64,000 nt of DNA from Eledone cirrhosa. Taxonomy: Eukaryota. The position numbers and the translations under genes are program-made. Under the pieces are notes generated by a model that was not told the origin of the DNA, did no database searches, and worked only from the letters and a program-made list of their open reading frames with translations. The stretch lies in NCBI GenBank assembly GCA_964016885.1, contig OZ024763.1, positions 30,442,001 through 30,506,000 of the forward strand. Direction: 5' to 3'. Shown here piece by piece: positions 11,484-25,766 of the stretch (position 1 is the first letter of the stretch; the number at the start of each line of letters is the position of its first letter).

Positions 11484-12281
11484 AACCTAGTCAGTAGGCA
11501 CCTCTTAACCAAATATGCACCCCAACCCACTACTCCTACGCCATCCTCCCACTTCTACCAACACCATCCTTTCTCTGTAAAGTTATGTTGTGTGTGTGTG
11601 ACAGCTCACTCCTATGCAGGTTTAGCTGGCCTCCTCCAAGGTATATCTCGTTGGAGGTGTCTTGGGTAATTTAATGATAGGGCCCCCAGTCCTATCATCT
11701 CATTTCTACAGCTGAGTAAACTGGAGCAACGTGAAATAAAGTGACTTGCTCAAGGAAACAACACATCACCCGGTCCGAGAATTGAACTCACAACCTTTCG
11801 ATTGCAAGCCCAATGCTCTAACCACTAAGCCCTGCGTCTTCACAGTTATGTTGGTACCACAGAACATCCAGTCCAAACTAAAGTGGTCATGTAGGTGTCA
11901 CAACAAAAAAACACTGTCCATGCTGTAAAGTGGTCGTGTAGGAGCCACAGTAAAAAGGTTTCCAGTCCACACAGTAAAGTGTTCGTGTAGGAAACACAAC
12001 AAAAAACACCCAGTCCACACTGTAAGGTGGTCATGTAGGAGACATGGTAAAAAGGCTCCCAGTTCACACTGTAAAGTGTTTGTGTAGGAAACACAACAAA
12101 AAGCACCCAGTCCACGCTGTAAAGTGGTCATGTAGGAGACATGGTAAAAAGGCTCCCAGTCCACACTGTAAATGTGGTTGGTGTTAGGAAGGGCATCCAG
12201 CCGTAGAAAACCTGTCAGATACAGTGCTATACGAACAAGACACAGTCACTCGATCAATCTTTTCCTCAAGTGGGACAATTC
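11484..12281 (+). mobile_element. RTE 3' UTR fragment with internal tandem repeats, interrupted by a CORE-SINE (11591-11843, minus)
   Basis: RTE tail motif ggttggtgttaggaagggcatccag; the SINE is flanked by agttatgttg at 11581 and 11844 (probable TSD). Confidence 0.75.
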
Positions 12282-12481
12282 NNNNNNNNNNNNNNNNNNN
12301 NNNNNNNNNNNNNNNNNNNNNNNNNNNNNNNNNNNNNNNNNNNNNNNNNNNNNNNNNNNNNNNNNNNNNNNNNNNNNNNNNNNNNNNNNNNNNNNNNNNN
12401 NNNNNNNNNNNNNNNNNNNNNNNNNNNNNNNNNNNNNNNNNNNNNNNNNNNNNNNNNNNNNNNNNNNNNNNNNNNNNNNNN
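12282..12481. other. Assembly gap (200 N)
   Basis: Run of n. Confidence 1.
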
Positions 12482-12547
12482 TCATCATCATCATCATCAT
12501 CATGTATATATATATATATTAAAATATAAGTATTAATAAAATAGATG

Positions 12548-12841
12548 GAGGCACATGGCTTAGTGGTTAGAGCATTGGCCTTGCAATCGAAAGGTTGTGA
12601 GTTCAATTCTCAGACCGGGTGATGTGTTGTTTCCTTGAGCAAGACACTTTATTTCACATTGCTCCAGTTTACTGCAAAGTGGTCGTGGAGGTGCCACAGC
12701 AAAAAAGCACCCAGCACTCACTGTAAATGAGGTTGGTGTTAGGAAGCGCATCCAGCTGTAGAAATCAAGCCAGCATCAGTTCCTGTCCCACCCTTGCAAG
12801 CAGGGAAAAGTGGACGTAAAATGAAATGATGATGAATGATG
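12548..12841 (+). mobile_element. tRNA-derived CORE-SINE with RTE-derived 3' tail and 20-bp TSD
   Basis: A box tggcttagtgg, B box gagttcaattc, CORE-like ccttgagcaagacactt, tail shared with RTE 3' UTR; TSD aagtattaataaaatagatg at 12528-12547 and 12842-12861. Confidence 0.92.
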
Positions 12842-12880
12842 AAGTATTAATAAAATAGATGTTCTTTTGATCAATTACAT

Positions 12881-12930
12881 TTTATTATACATATTTCGGA
12901 TGTACAACAGCATGTCCTCATCAGACAAAA
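12881..12930 (-). ncRNA. Minimal hammerhead ribozyme motif (left arm of fold-back element 12515-13332)
   Basis: Minus strand ttttgt-CTGATGA-ggacatgctgttgtacatcc-GAAA-tatgta-TA-ataaa. Confidence 0.75.
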
Positions 12931-13131
12931 TATAATGATACACGACATACCCTGAGATGTTAAATGGTTAAGATTTAATCAAGGTAGTACCTTGATTAAA
13001 TCTTAACCATTCTGGGTTCAAATCCCGCCAAGGTTAACTTTGCCTTTCATCCTTACGGGGTCGATAAAATAAAGTACCAGTAATGCACTGGGTAATTGCT
13101 GGCCTTGTGCCAAAAAGTAGAAACAATTATA

Positions 13132-13191
13132 TTTTGTCTGACGAGGACGTACTGTTGTACACCCGAAATATGTATAATAAAGTGTAATTGA
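13132..13191 (+). ncRNA. Minimal hammerhead ribozyme motif (right arm of fold-back element 12515-13332)
   Basis: ttttgt-CTGACGA-ggacgtac-tgtt-gtacaccc-GAAA-tatgta-TA-ataaa; downstream tail ACTC(13238)...GAGTGC(13262). Confidence 0.75.
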
Positions 13192-13330
13192 TCAAAAGAA
13201 CATCTATTTTATTAATACTTATATTTTAATATTAATAACTCCTGAAACTTATTTGTCTGTTGAGTGCTTCCAATCTACTGTAAAAATCATTCTTTGACAT
13301 AATCATCGAATATTGTTTAACAATTTAATA

Positions 13331-13392
<62 letters not shown>

Positions 13393-13552
13393 GAAACTGA
13401 TTTACAGCATAGCTATATATGAAGGTAAGTAGGTATGTGAGTGTATGTGGATGTTTCTATACAAACATATCCACACACACACATTCATCCGTGTTTTATA
13501 CATATACATATATGTATATATACATAAACATATATATATATATATATACATA

Positions 13553-13679
<127 letters not shown>

Positions 13680-13681
13680 AG

Positions 13682-13817
13682 AACAAAAGATGGTTAAAAG
13701 AGTTCCATGTATTTTATTATGCGCATTTCAGTCCTACTCCAGTCCTACAAACCGTAGAGTGCTTCTTATCCGATATCTGCATTGCTTTATTGTACTACAA
13801 TAAAACTCACCTCCTAC

Positions 13818-13818
<1 letters not shown>
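13682..13818. mobile_element. Rearranged remnant of the 60777-61155 hammerhead family
   Basis: 13682-13730 matches the inverted arm up to TTTC (reverse complement of GAAA) and is joined directly to the ACTC...GAGTGC tail. Confidence 0.8.
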
Positions 13819-13888
<70 letters not shown>

Positions 13889-13889
13889 C

Positions 13890-14457
13890 AAATAACGAAA
13901 CGAAATTAAATTTCGTTTCGTTTGTAACTCACTTTTGTATGACTGACGCTTAAACAATTAAGTTAAAAATGTACATCCACATATGTATACTGAAATACTA
14001 GTATGCATATGAATACACACACGTATACATATGTAGATGTACCGATTTTTTCACTGGTCACTTTACTGTGAGTGTCCAGCTATTCTGTATGTAAACACAC
14101 AGACAAACCGGTTTTTAGAGTCATACAGGTTTTTGAGGAAACACCTTTCCTCTATTCTCCAGAAAGCCAGACAAGGAATATTGAACTAGTTTCGATGTTG
14201 TTACATCTCATCAGCAATATTTACCTATCTTCCGGCCCTTCTAGAGAATCGTAAAAACGATTTTCATAGAAAAGGTGTTTCCTCAAAAACCAGTATGACT
14301 CTAAAAACCGGTTTGTCTGTGTGTTTACATACAGAATAGCTGGACACTCACAGTAAAGTGACCAGTGAAAAAATCGGTACATCTACATATGTATACGTGT
14401 GTGTATTCATATGCATACTAGTATTTCAGTATACATATGTGGATGTACATTTTTAAC

Positions 14458-14463
<6 letters not shown>
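13890..14463 (-). mobile_element. Fold-back element with ~195-bp inverted arms (13956-14148 / 14270-14463) and a hammerhead in the spacer
   Basis: Arms are near-perfect reverse complements; (TA)n on both sides. Confidence 0.9.
14177..14221 (-). ncRNA. Minimal type-I hammerhead ribozyme motif, fully paired
   Basis: aatattg-CTGATGA-gatgt-aaca-acatc-GAAA-ctag-TT-caatatt: 7-bp stem I, 5-bp stem II, palindromic ACTAGT stem III, GUU site. Confidence 0.88.
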
Positions 14464-16676
<2,213 letters not shown>

Positions 16677-16695
16677 ATATATATATATATAAATA

Positions 16696-17070
16696 TACGA
16701 TATTAAACAAATGGAAACTACATTTATAAAACCATATTTATTTCAGAGATATCATATTAAAAATATGGTATGCCCTGTTCAGATAAAATACAATATATAA
16801 ACAGTTTTATAAATAAATTTGACATACCTTAAAATTTTACAACTTCCATTTAAAAAGTTGTTTTGGTAGTGAAAATGTTAAGGACAGTTAGTTTTTGTCT
16901 GAAGAGGGCATACCATATTTTTAATATGATATCCCTGAAATATATATAATGAAATAAATATGGTTTTATAAATGTAGTTTCCATTTGTTTAATATCGTAA
17001 AATACTCCAAAATCTGTTGAGTGCTTTTATATCAGTTATAAAATATTTACTCGTTGTAACCCAACAATTT
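16696..17070 (+). mobile_element. Fold-back hammerhead element (HHR 16893-16954); related copy at 63105-63260(-)
   Basis: ttttgt-CTGAAGA-gggcataccatatt..aatatgatatccct-GAAA-tatata-TA-atgaaa; decayed inverted arm 16696-16790; tail ACTC(17004)...GAGTGC(17019). Confidence 0.8.
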
Positions 17071-17145
17071 TAAATAAAACTTTTGCATATATATATATAT
17101 ATATATGTATGTATATATACATAAATATACATAATATACATATAT

Positions 17146-17509
17146 AGAGTACCCCCGGCATTCTGTGTCCCAGTTATTCACAAATTTTTCCTCAGAACCT
17201 AATAACTGTCCGTCGTAACGACCACATATTTGCGGAATGGTAAATACCTTCCGCAATTTTTTTTAACGCCTTTTTTTGTGGCAATATATATATTTTTTAA
17301 CGCTAAGCTATCAATAACAATCTACAGTATTTTCCGGCCTATTGGACCCCCCTTCGCATAAGACAGTTCCCCTTTTTTTTTATTTTGTTTTACACTATAT
17401 TTTGACGTTTATAGACATCTTTATGGACCACGTCCAGTATTCACGTTTTTTTCACTCTTCGTGGGTGCTCTAGGAACATAACCCATATGAATACACTGGG
17501 GACAACTCT
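17146..17509. mobile_element. Possible MITE with imperfect short TIRs
   Basis: agagtacccccgg ... ctggggacaactct, TA/TG-flanked; weak match. Confidence 0.3.
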
Positions 17510-17567
17510 GTGTGTGTGTATATGTGTGTGTGTGTATATATGTATATATGTATATATATATACATAT

Positions 17568-17934
17568 ATATTGTTATACTTGGGGAGGGTCATATTTGTG
17601 TAATATTGCCAGAATTGATAACAGAACACACTCACTGTTTGGTTGGTTTTCGCTGTCTTTTATATCTGCGATCTAACTTACTCGGTCCTCAATGTTGCCA
17701 TTGACTGACCGACGGTCAAAAATAATACAGATACAATATAGACACAAACGCATATATATAGTTTACATAAATCTTTCGTTGCACATCTGCAATATCGTCA
17801 GTGGTGTTATATTTTTAAGTTAGATCGCAGATATAAAAGACAGCGAGAAGCGAAAACCAACCAAACAGTGAGTGTGTTCTGTTATCAATTCTGGCAATAT
17901 TACACAAATATGACCCTCCCCAAGTATAACAATA
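17568..17934 (-). mobile_element. Fold-back element (arms 17568-17680 / 17816-17934) with a degenerate hammerhead in the spacer (17765-17804)
   Basis: Clear inverted arms; minus strand ca-CTGACGA-tattgca-gatg-tgcaac-GAAA-gatt-TA-tg with weak stems I and III. Confidence 0.7.
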
Positions 17935-18021
17935 TTTGTTTCGACACACGATTTCGTATAAAAAACCTCGCTAAACTAACCTATACATTTTCTTGCCTGT
18001 GTATTTTCTTCATTCTCGCAT

Positions 18022-18127
18022 GCTCCGAAGATCTGACTGGTTATAATTCTGTATTGGCGATCGAGTAACGCAAAATTAAGCGAATAGCGATCTCTAGACA
18101 TACCAGTTCAGTGAAACAAATGTAAGC
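18022..18127 (+). ncRNA. Variant hammerhead motif with long stem II insertion
   Basis: gct-CCGAAGA-tctgactggt...accagttcagt-GAAA-caaatg-TA-agc; downstream gcaaacc...cttctttcctgattta matches the 58106-58167 palindrome family. Confidence 0.5.
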
Positions 18128-18426
18128 TATGTGATTAAAAACTTTTTTGTATAGCAAACCATGTAAACCTTCTTTCCTGATTTATATATATATATATATA
18201 TTCATTAGTTAAGCAAAACAAGACCACAAACTTCACAAGGAAGACATTATTAAAAGATTGTCAACATATTTTAGTTTGATGTAAGGAATGTAAAGAATAA
18301 TAATAATAATAATATTAATAATAATAATGTCCGTTTACAATTGTTTCGCTACTCCATATAATATTTCTGGATCAGATGACTATATATCATAATTGATCTA
18401 GTTCAGATGACTATATATCATAATTG

Positions 18427-18519
<93 letters not shown>

Positions 18520-18520
18520 T

Positions 18521-18893
18521 AGGTGCATGGCTTAGTGGTTAGAGCATTGGCCTTGCAATCGAAAGGTTGTGAGTTCAATTCTCAGACTGGGTGATGTGTT
18601 GTTTCCTTGAGCAAGACACTTTATTTCATATTGCTCCAGTTTACTCAGCTGTAGAAATGAGATGATAGGGACTGGGGTCCCTACCATTCCACTGCAAAAG
18701 TGGTCGTGGAGGTGGCACGGAAAAAAAGCACCCAGCACTCACTGTAAATGAGGTTGGTGTTAGGAAGGGCATCCAGCTGTAGAAATCAAGCCAGAATCAG
18801 TTCCTGTATGAGCAAGACAAGGTCAGCCGACCCGGCTACTGCCCACAACACAACAACCCGTCTAACCCATGCTAGCGCGGTGATGATGATGAT
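18521..18893 (+). mobile_element. CORE-SINE with RTE tail; other copies 32981-33248(+), 43733-44066(-), 49525-49912(+), 63382-63725(+)
   Basis: Same tRNA head, CORE-like block and RTE tail as 12548-12841. Confidence 0.9.
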
Positions 18894-19227
18894 ATACAGA
18901 CCCAGGAAGACTTGGGATGAGCTGATAAAAGCTGACCTCGCTCAATTGCACCTCTCAAAGACGCTGACACAGGGCCATGATCTCTGGCGTTATGCAGAAG
19001 AAACCAAGCCCAAATCAGTTCTGTATGATAGAGACATTATCACCCGGCCACTCATTGTTCACAACAGGATAATTCGTCTAACCCATGCTAGCATGGAAAC
19101 ATGGACGTTAGATGATGACGATGATGATGATATGTGTACAAAAGGCAAACAGAAATAACAAAGCGAACGACACAGTACAATGAAGAAATATATTATTAGT
19201 TTTACGCTTGATATAGTAAGGAGAGAG

Positions 19228-19263
19228 TCTTAACGTTTCGGATGCTAGCCCTTCATCAGAAGA
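19228..19263 (-). ncRNA. Minimal hammerhead motif; sister of 61922-61957
   Basis: tctt-CTGATGA-agggctagcatcc-GAAA-cg-TT-aaga. Confidence 0.72.
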
Positions 19264-19747
19264 TAGAATGAAAATTAAAAAAGAAATAGAAAGATTGAGG
19301 AGATGGACAGGGTGGAAACGGAAAAAGAAAATACTTATATATATATGTGTGGGTGTGTGTGTATGTGTATATATATATATATATATATACATCATGGAAA
19401 AAAGGACATTAAATGATGATGATGATGATGATATACATAGTTCAAGATAATAAAAAAAGACAAATCTAGTGATGCAATTACACAAGAGAGAGAGGGGGAG
19501 AGAGAGAGTATTCAGTGTTCTGCAAGAAATATGTTTTGATTAATACCAAGATATACACACACACACCATATGAACTGAATACCAAAGTACTGAGAATGGT
19601 GAGAATAGTTTCATTGGTTCCATTAGTTACATTGGTTTAATGGTCGGCTGGAACTGGGAGATAAGATACATCATTTCTTCAGGGACCTAATTAGTGCCTG
19701 AGACAGAGCCCTGTGAGAGTGCTAGGGTCCTTCGGTAGATAGATTAT

Positions 19748-20105
19748 GAGGTGGGGTAGGGAGTGAGCACATTTTTATGAGGAACCAACTCCTGCCATTA
19801 ATGGAATGGAATCAACTAGAATGGACTGGAATGAACTGGAATGAAACTGGAATGATCCTGGGTAGAATATGAGGTGGGGTAGGGAGTGAGCACATTTTTA
19901 TGAGGAAACAACTCCTGCCATTAATGGAATGGAATCAACTAGAATCAACTGGAATGGACTGGAATGAACTGGAATGAAACTGGAATGATCCTGGGTAGAA
20001 TGTGAGGTGGGGTAGGGAGTGAGCACATTTTTATGAGGAAACAACTCCTGCCATTAATGGAGTGGAATCAACTGGAATCAACTGGAATGAACTGGAATAG
20101 AACTG
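19748..20105. repeat. Tandem repeat of ~123-133 bp, 3 copies, with GGAAT-like subrepeats
   Basis: gaggtggggtagggagtgagcac recurs at 19748, 19871 and 20004. Confidence 0.9.
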
Positions 20106-20195
20106 ATACATCACCCTGCTCATGAAATTATCTAAAAACCTTACATCACAATATTGTGAAAGAATCTTTGTTAAGTTATGTTCCAAACACCATAT

Positions 20196-20820
20196 TAATA
20201 ATTGTTTCTACTTTTGGCACAAGGTCAGCAATTACCCAGTGCATTACTGGTACTTTATTTTATCGACCCCCATAAGGATGAAAGGCAAAGTTAACCTCGG
20301 CGGGATTTGAACTCAGAATGGCAAGGGCCGTAACTCTATGCGTCAGAGCATGTTCTGATTTAGGCACAAGGCCAGTAATTTGGGGGGAAGGGAAAGTCAA
20401 TTAAATCGACCCCAGTATGTTACTGGTACTTTATTTTATCGATCTCGTAAGGATGAAAGGCAAAGTTAAGCTCGGCGGGATTTGAATGCAGAACGTAAAG
20501 GGCCGTAACTCTCTGCTACAAAGCATGTTGTCCGGCGCTTAACCGATACTGCCAATCCACCGCCCTAAACACCATATTAATAATGGTTTCTGGTTTAGGC
20601 ACAAGGCCAACAATTTTGGGGGAAGGGAAAGTCGATTAAATTTACGCCAGTGCATTACTGGTACTTAATGTTATCGATCCCGTAAGGATGAAAGGCAAAG
20701 CTAACCTTGGCAGGATTTGAACTCAGAACGTAAAGGGACATAACTACATGCTGCAAAGCATGTCTGACACTCTACTGATTCTGCCAATCCACCGCCATAT
20801 TTGGTCAGCAATTTGGGGGA
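20196..20820 (-). mobile_element. Tandem cluster of Nin/Deu-domain tRNA-SINEs
   Basis: Reverse complement of gcctttcatccttacggggtcgataaaataaagtaccag repeated three times. Confidence 0.85.
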
Positions 20821-21015
20821 AAAGGGTTAGTGTTTATATTTATCTAAAAACCTTCCGTCATAATTTTATGTAAGAACCTTTGTTAAGTTATGTTCCAAAC
20901 ACCAATTTAATAACAAGAAAGTTAGTCATATTTAAAATGCTTGATTATTTTCAGAATTATTTGTGGTTCGAATCTCACGAAAGAATTGCTTGACAGATTT
21001 TATGGGCAAAAGCAA

Positions 21016-21645
21016 CCGGCAGGAGGCCCAGGGGCAGACCCCGAGGAAGATGGTTGCCCGGCAGGAGGCCCAGGGGCAGACCCTGAGGAAGATGGTTGCC
21101 CGGCAGGAGGCCCAGGGGCAGACCCTGAGGAAGATGGTTGCCCGGCAGGAGACCCAGGGGCAGACCCCGAGGAAGATGGTTGCCCGGCAGGAGACCCAGG
21201 GGTAGACCCCGAGGAAGATGGTTGCCCGGCAGGAGACCCAGGGGTAGACCCTGAGGAAGATGGTTGCCCGGCAGGAGACCCAGGGGCAGACCCCGAGGAA
21301 GATGGTTGCCCGGCAGGAGACCCAGGGGCAGACCCTGAGGAAGATGGTTGCCCGGCAGGAGACCCAGGGGCAGACCCCGAGGAAGATGGTTGCCCGGCAG
21401 GAGACCCAGGGGCAGACCCTGAGGAAGATGGTTGCCCGGCAGGAGACCCAGGGGTAGACCCCGAGGAAGATGGTTGCCCGGCAGGAGACCCAGGGGTAGA
21501 CCCCGAGGAAGATGGTTGCCCGGCAGGAGACCCAGGGGTAGACCCCGAGGAAGATGGTTGCCCGGCAGGAGACCCAGGGGTAGACCCTGAGGAAGATGGT
21601 TGCCCGGCAGGAGACCCAGGGGTAGACCCCGAGGTAGATGGTTGC
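21016..21645 (+). repeat. 42-bp GC-rich minisatellite, 15 copies, derived from an RTE ORF 3' end
   Basis: Unit ccggcaggagacccaggggyagacccygaggaagatggttgc; continues in frame into GRPRGRWLHNI...DRTCW (21646-21760). Confidence 0.92.
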
Positions 21646-22472
21646 ATAACATCCATGAGCTTCGCTGGTCACTCTTGGGGATCCAGCTGGAGACAGTTGC
21701 TTTTGACAGGACCTGTTGGATGGAGGGTTTGAGGACTCTGCCTCCACGACTCTCTCAAGAAGGAGGAGGAAGAAGAACGCAAAGAAAAAGAAGATGAAGA
21801 GGAAGGAGAAGAAGAAGAGGAAGGAGAAGAAGAAGGAGGAGGAGGAAGTAGTAAAGAAAAAAAAAGAAGAGGAAGAAGAAGAGGAGGAGGAGGACGAGGA
21901 AGTAGAAGAAGCGGAAGAAGAAGAAGAGGAAGAAAAAGAGGAAGAAAAATAATAAGAAGAAGAGGAAGAAGAAGGATGAGGAGGGGGAGGAGGAGAAAGT
22001 AGAGGAAGAAAAAGAAAAAGAAAAAGAAAAAGAAAAAGAAGAAGAAGAAGAAGAGGAAGAAGAAGAAGGCAAATAAGAAGAAGGAGGCAGTGTCTTTTTA
22101 TTAGAAAATTGGTAATGAGTGGGTTAAAGTTAGTTGTACAATCACAGTTTCCCTAGATGGCGTACAGGGCCCCAGTCTTTGAGGGATGGGGTGGCATACG
22201 TAGAGGGTGGGCTGGGGTGGCATATGGGGTGGGTACAGCACGAGTGAACGATGGGGAGCGACATTTTCTACATAGTGTGTAAGGGTGTATCTTCTATTAC
22301 CATTTTATTACCATTACTTCATCATCCAGCATATATTAACATTACAATGTCTCCCCAAAAACATTTGCTGCCATCTCCCCCGCCCCCTCTCTCTCTCATA
22401 TATATGTGTGTATACATGTGTATATATATATATGTGTGCGCGTGTGCATATATATATGTATATATATATATA

Positions 22473-22560
22473 CTCTCAGGTCTTGAATAATCATCCCAGC
22501 CCCACTTATTAATTTTTCAGATTTTTTTTCCAGCCACCCCTATTATTTGGGACCCTAGAG
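22473..22560. mobile_element. Short Tc1/mariner-type MITE
   Basis: Imperfect TIRs ctctcaggtcttgaataat / attatttgggaccctagag; TA on the left, TG on the right. Confidence 0.55.
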
Positions 22561-22585
22561 TGTGTATATACATATATATATATAC

Positions 22586-22616
<31 letters not shown>

Positions 22617-22697
22617 CATATATATACATATATATATATATATACATATATATACATATATATATATATATACATATATATACATATATATATATAC

Positions 22698-22728
<31 letters not shown>

Positions 22729-22950
22729 CATATATATACATATATATATATACATATATATATATACATATACATATATATACATATATATATATACATA
22801 TATATATATACATATATATACATATATATATACATATATACATATATATACATATATATATGTATATATACATAAAATATATATATATACATAAAATATA
22901 TATATATATATATACATAAAATACATACATATATATGCATAAAATATTTA

Positions 22951-23014
<64 letters not shown>

Positions 23015-23465
23015 CATACACATAAAATGTCACATTATTGAAATATAAAATTACCTCTCATGTCATCTTGTCAAAATCTTGCTCACCCTCCCTGCCACAT
23101 CAAACCCCACTACTACCACCACCACTACCACCACCACCACCACCACCACTTCGAATCAGATACCTGCCATACCTGCCACAACAACTTGCCCTCCCAACCT
23201 CAGCAGCATTTCTTCCCCCTCCCCACATGAATAGGCTACCTGCTCTCCCCAACCTCACCATTTTTTTTATTCCCCCTCACCATCACATCTACCTGCCGTC
23301 TCCACCCAAATAGGGTACCACAGAGGGGGGAGGGCTCACCAGCTGACCTAAATAGACTACCTACCTTCCTTACCTCATCTACCTGTCCTCCCCACCTAAA
23401 TAGGCTACTGGCCCTCCCCAGCTCCCTTAAATAGATGTACACCCACTTACACCTCTCTCTCCACC

Positions 23466-24136
23466 ACCGGATCTTGTTACCCGGAGATTTACTCATCTCT
23501 TACCTCATCTACCTGTCCTCCCCACCTCAATAGGCTACCGGATCTTGTTACCCGGAGATTTACTCATCTCTTACCTCATCTACCTGTCCTCCCCACCTCA
23601 ATAGGCTACCGGATCTTGTTACCCGGAGATTTACTCATCTCTTACCTCATCTACCTGTCCTCCCCACCTCAATAGGCTACCGGATCTTGTTACCCGGAGA
23701 TTTACTCATCTCTTACCTCATCTACCTGTCCTCCCCACCTCAATAGGCTACCGGATCTTGTTACCCGGAGATTTACTCATCTCTTACCTCATCTACCTGT
23801 CCTCCCCACCTCAATAGGCTACCGGATCTTGTTACCTGGAGATTTACTCATCTCTTACCTCATCTACCTGTCCTCCCCACCTCAATAGGCTACCGGATCT
23901 TGTTACCCGGAGATTTACTCATCTCTTACCTCATCTACCTGTCCTCCCCACCTCAATAGGCTACCGGATCTTGTTACCTGGAGATTTACCCATCTCTTAC
24001 CTCATCTACCTGTCCTCCCCACCTAAATAGGCTACCGGATCTTGTTACCCGGAGATTTACCCATCTCTTACCTCATCTACCTGTCCTCCCCACCTAAATA
24101 GGCTACTGGATCTTGTTACCCGGAGATTTACCCATC
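23466..24136. repeat. 71-bp minisatellite, ~9.5 copies
   Basis: ggatcttgttac recurs every 71 bp from 23469 to 24108. Confidence 0.95.
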
Positions 24137-24283
24137 TGCATTGTCAAGGCTTCCAAACGACTTAAAGAAAAGAAAGAAATTTACCTTATTATTCCACAAT
24201 GCTTCAAGCAAACTTCAATACACCCATATACATATACATACATATATATATACATACATATACATATACATACATTCATACAT

Positions 24284-24316
<33 letters not shown>

Positions 24317-24343
24317 CATTCATACATATACATACATACATAT

Positions 24344-24378
<35 letters not shown>

Positions 24379-24385
24379 CATATAT

Positions 24386-24416
<31 letters not shown>

Positions 24417-24417
24417 C

Positions 24418-24462
<45 letters not shown>

Positions 24463-24547
24463 CATATATACATACATACATATATACATATATATACATA
24501 CATACATATACATATATACATATATACATATATATACATATATATAC

Positions 24548-24595
<48 letters not shown>

Positions 24596-24631
24596 ACATA
24601 TATATACATACATACATATATATACATATAT

Positions 24632-24664
<33 letters not shown>

Positions 24665-24939
24665 CATATATATACATACATACATATATATACATATATA
24701 TACATACATACATATATATATATACATATATATACATACATACATATATATATATACATATATATACATACATACATATATATATATACATATATATACA
24801 TACATATATATATATACATATATATACATACATACACATACATACATACATATATATATACATACATACATACATATATACATATACATACATACATATA
24901 TATATATACATTCATACATATACATACATACATACATAT

Positions 24940-24970
<31 letters not shown>

Positions 24971-25091
24971 CATATATATACATACATATATATACATACA
25001 TGCATATATACATATATATACATACATACATATACATATATACATATATACATATATATACATACATACATATACATATATACATATATAC

Positions 25092-25122
<31 letters not shown>

Positions 25123-25345
25123 CATATATATATATACATATATATACATACATATATATATATACATATATATACATACATACATATATATATATACATA
25201 TATATACATACATATATATATATACATATATATACATACATACACATACATACATACATATATATACATACATATATACATATACATACATACATATATA
25301 TATACATATACATACATACATATATATACATACATACATATATAC

Positions 25346-25376
<31 letters not shown>

Positions 25377-25766
25377 CATATACATACATACATATATACA
25401 TATATACATACATATATATATACATATACATACATATATATATATGTATATATGTAGGAGGTGAGTTTTATTGTAGTACTCATATATATACATATACATA
25501 TATATATATACATATATATACACATATATACATATATATACATACATGTATATACACATATATACATATATATACATACATGTATATACACATATATACA
25601 TATATATACATACATGTATATACACATATATACATATATATACATACATATATATATACATATATATATATACATACATACATATATACATACATACATA
25701 CATACATATATATACATATATATATACATACATACATACATATATACATATATATATACATACATA

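Noticed and set aside
12549-12620. tRNA genes at SINE heads
   Set aside because: They continue into CORE or Nin bodies and RTE tails, and have no proper acceptor stem.
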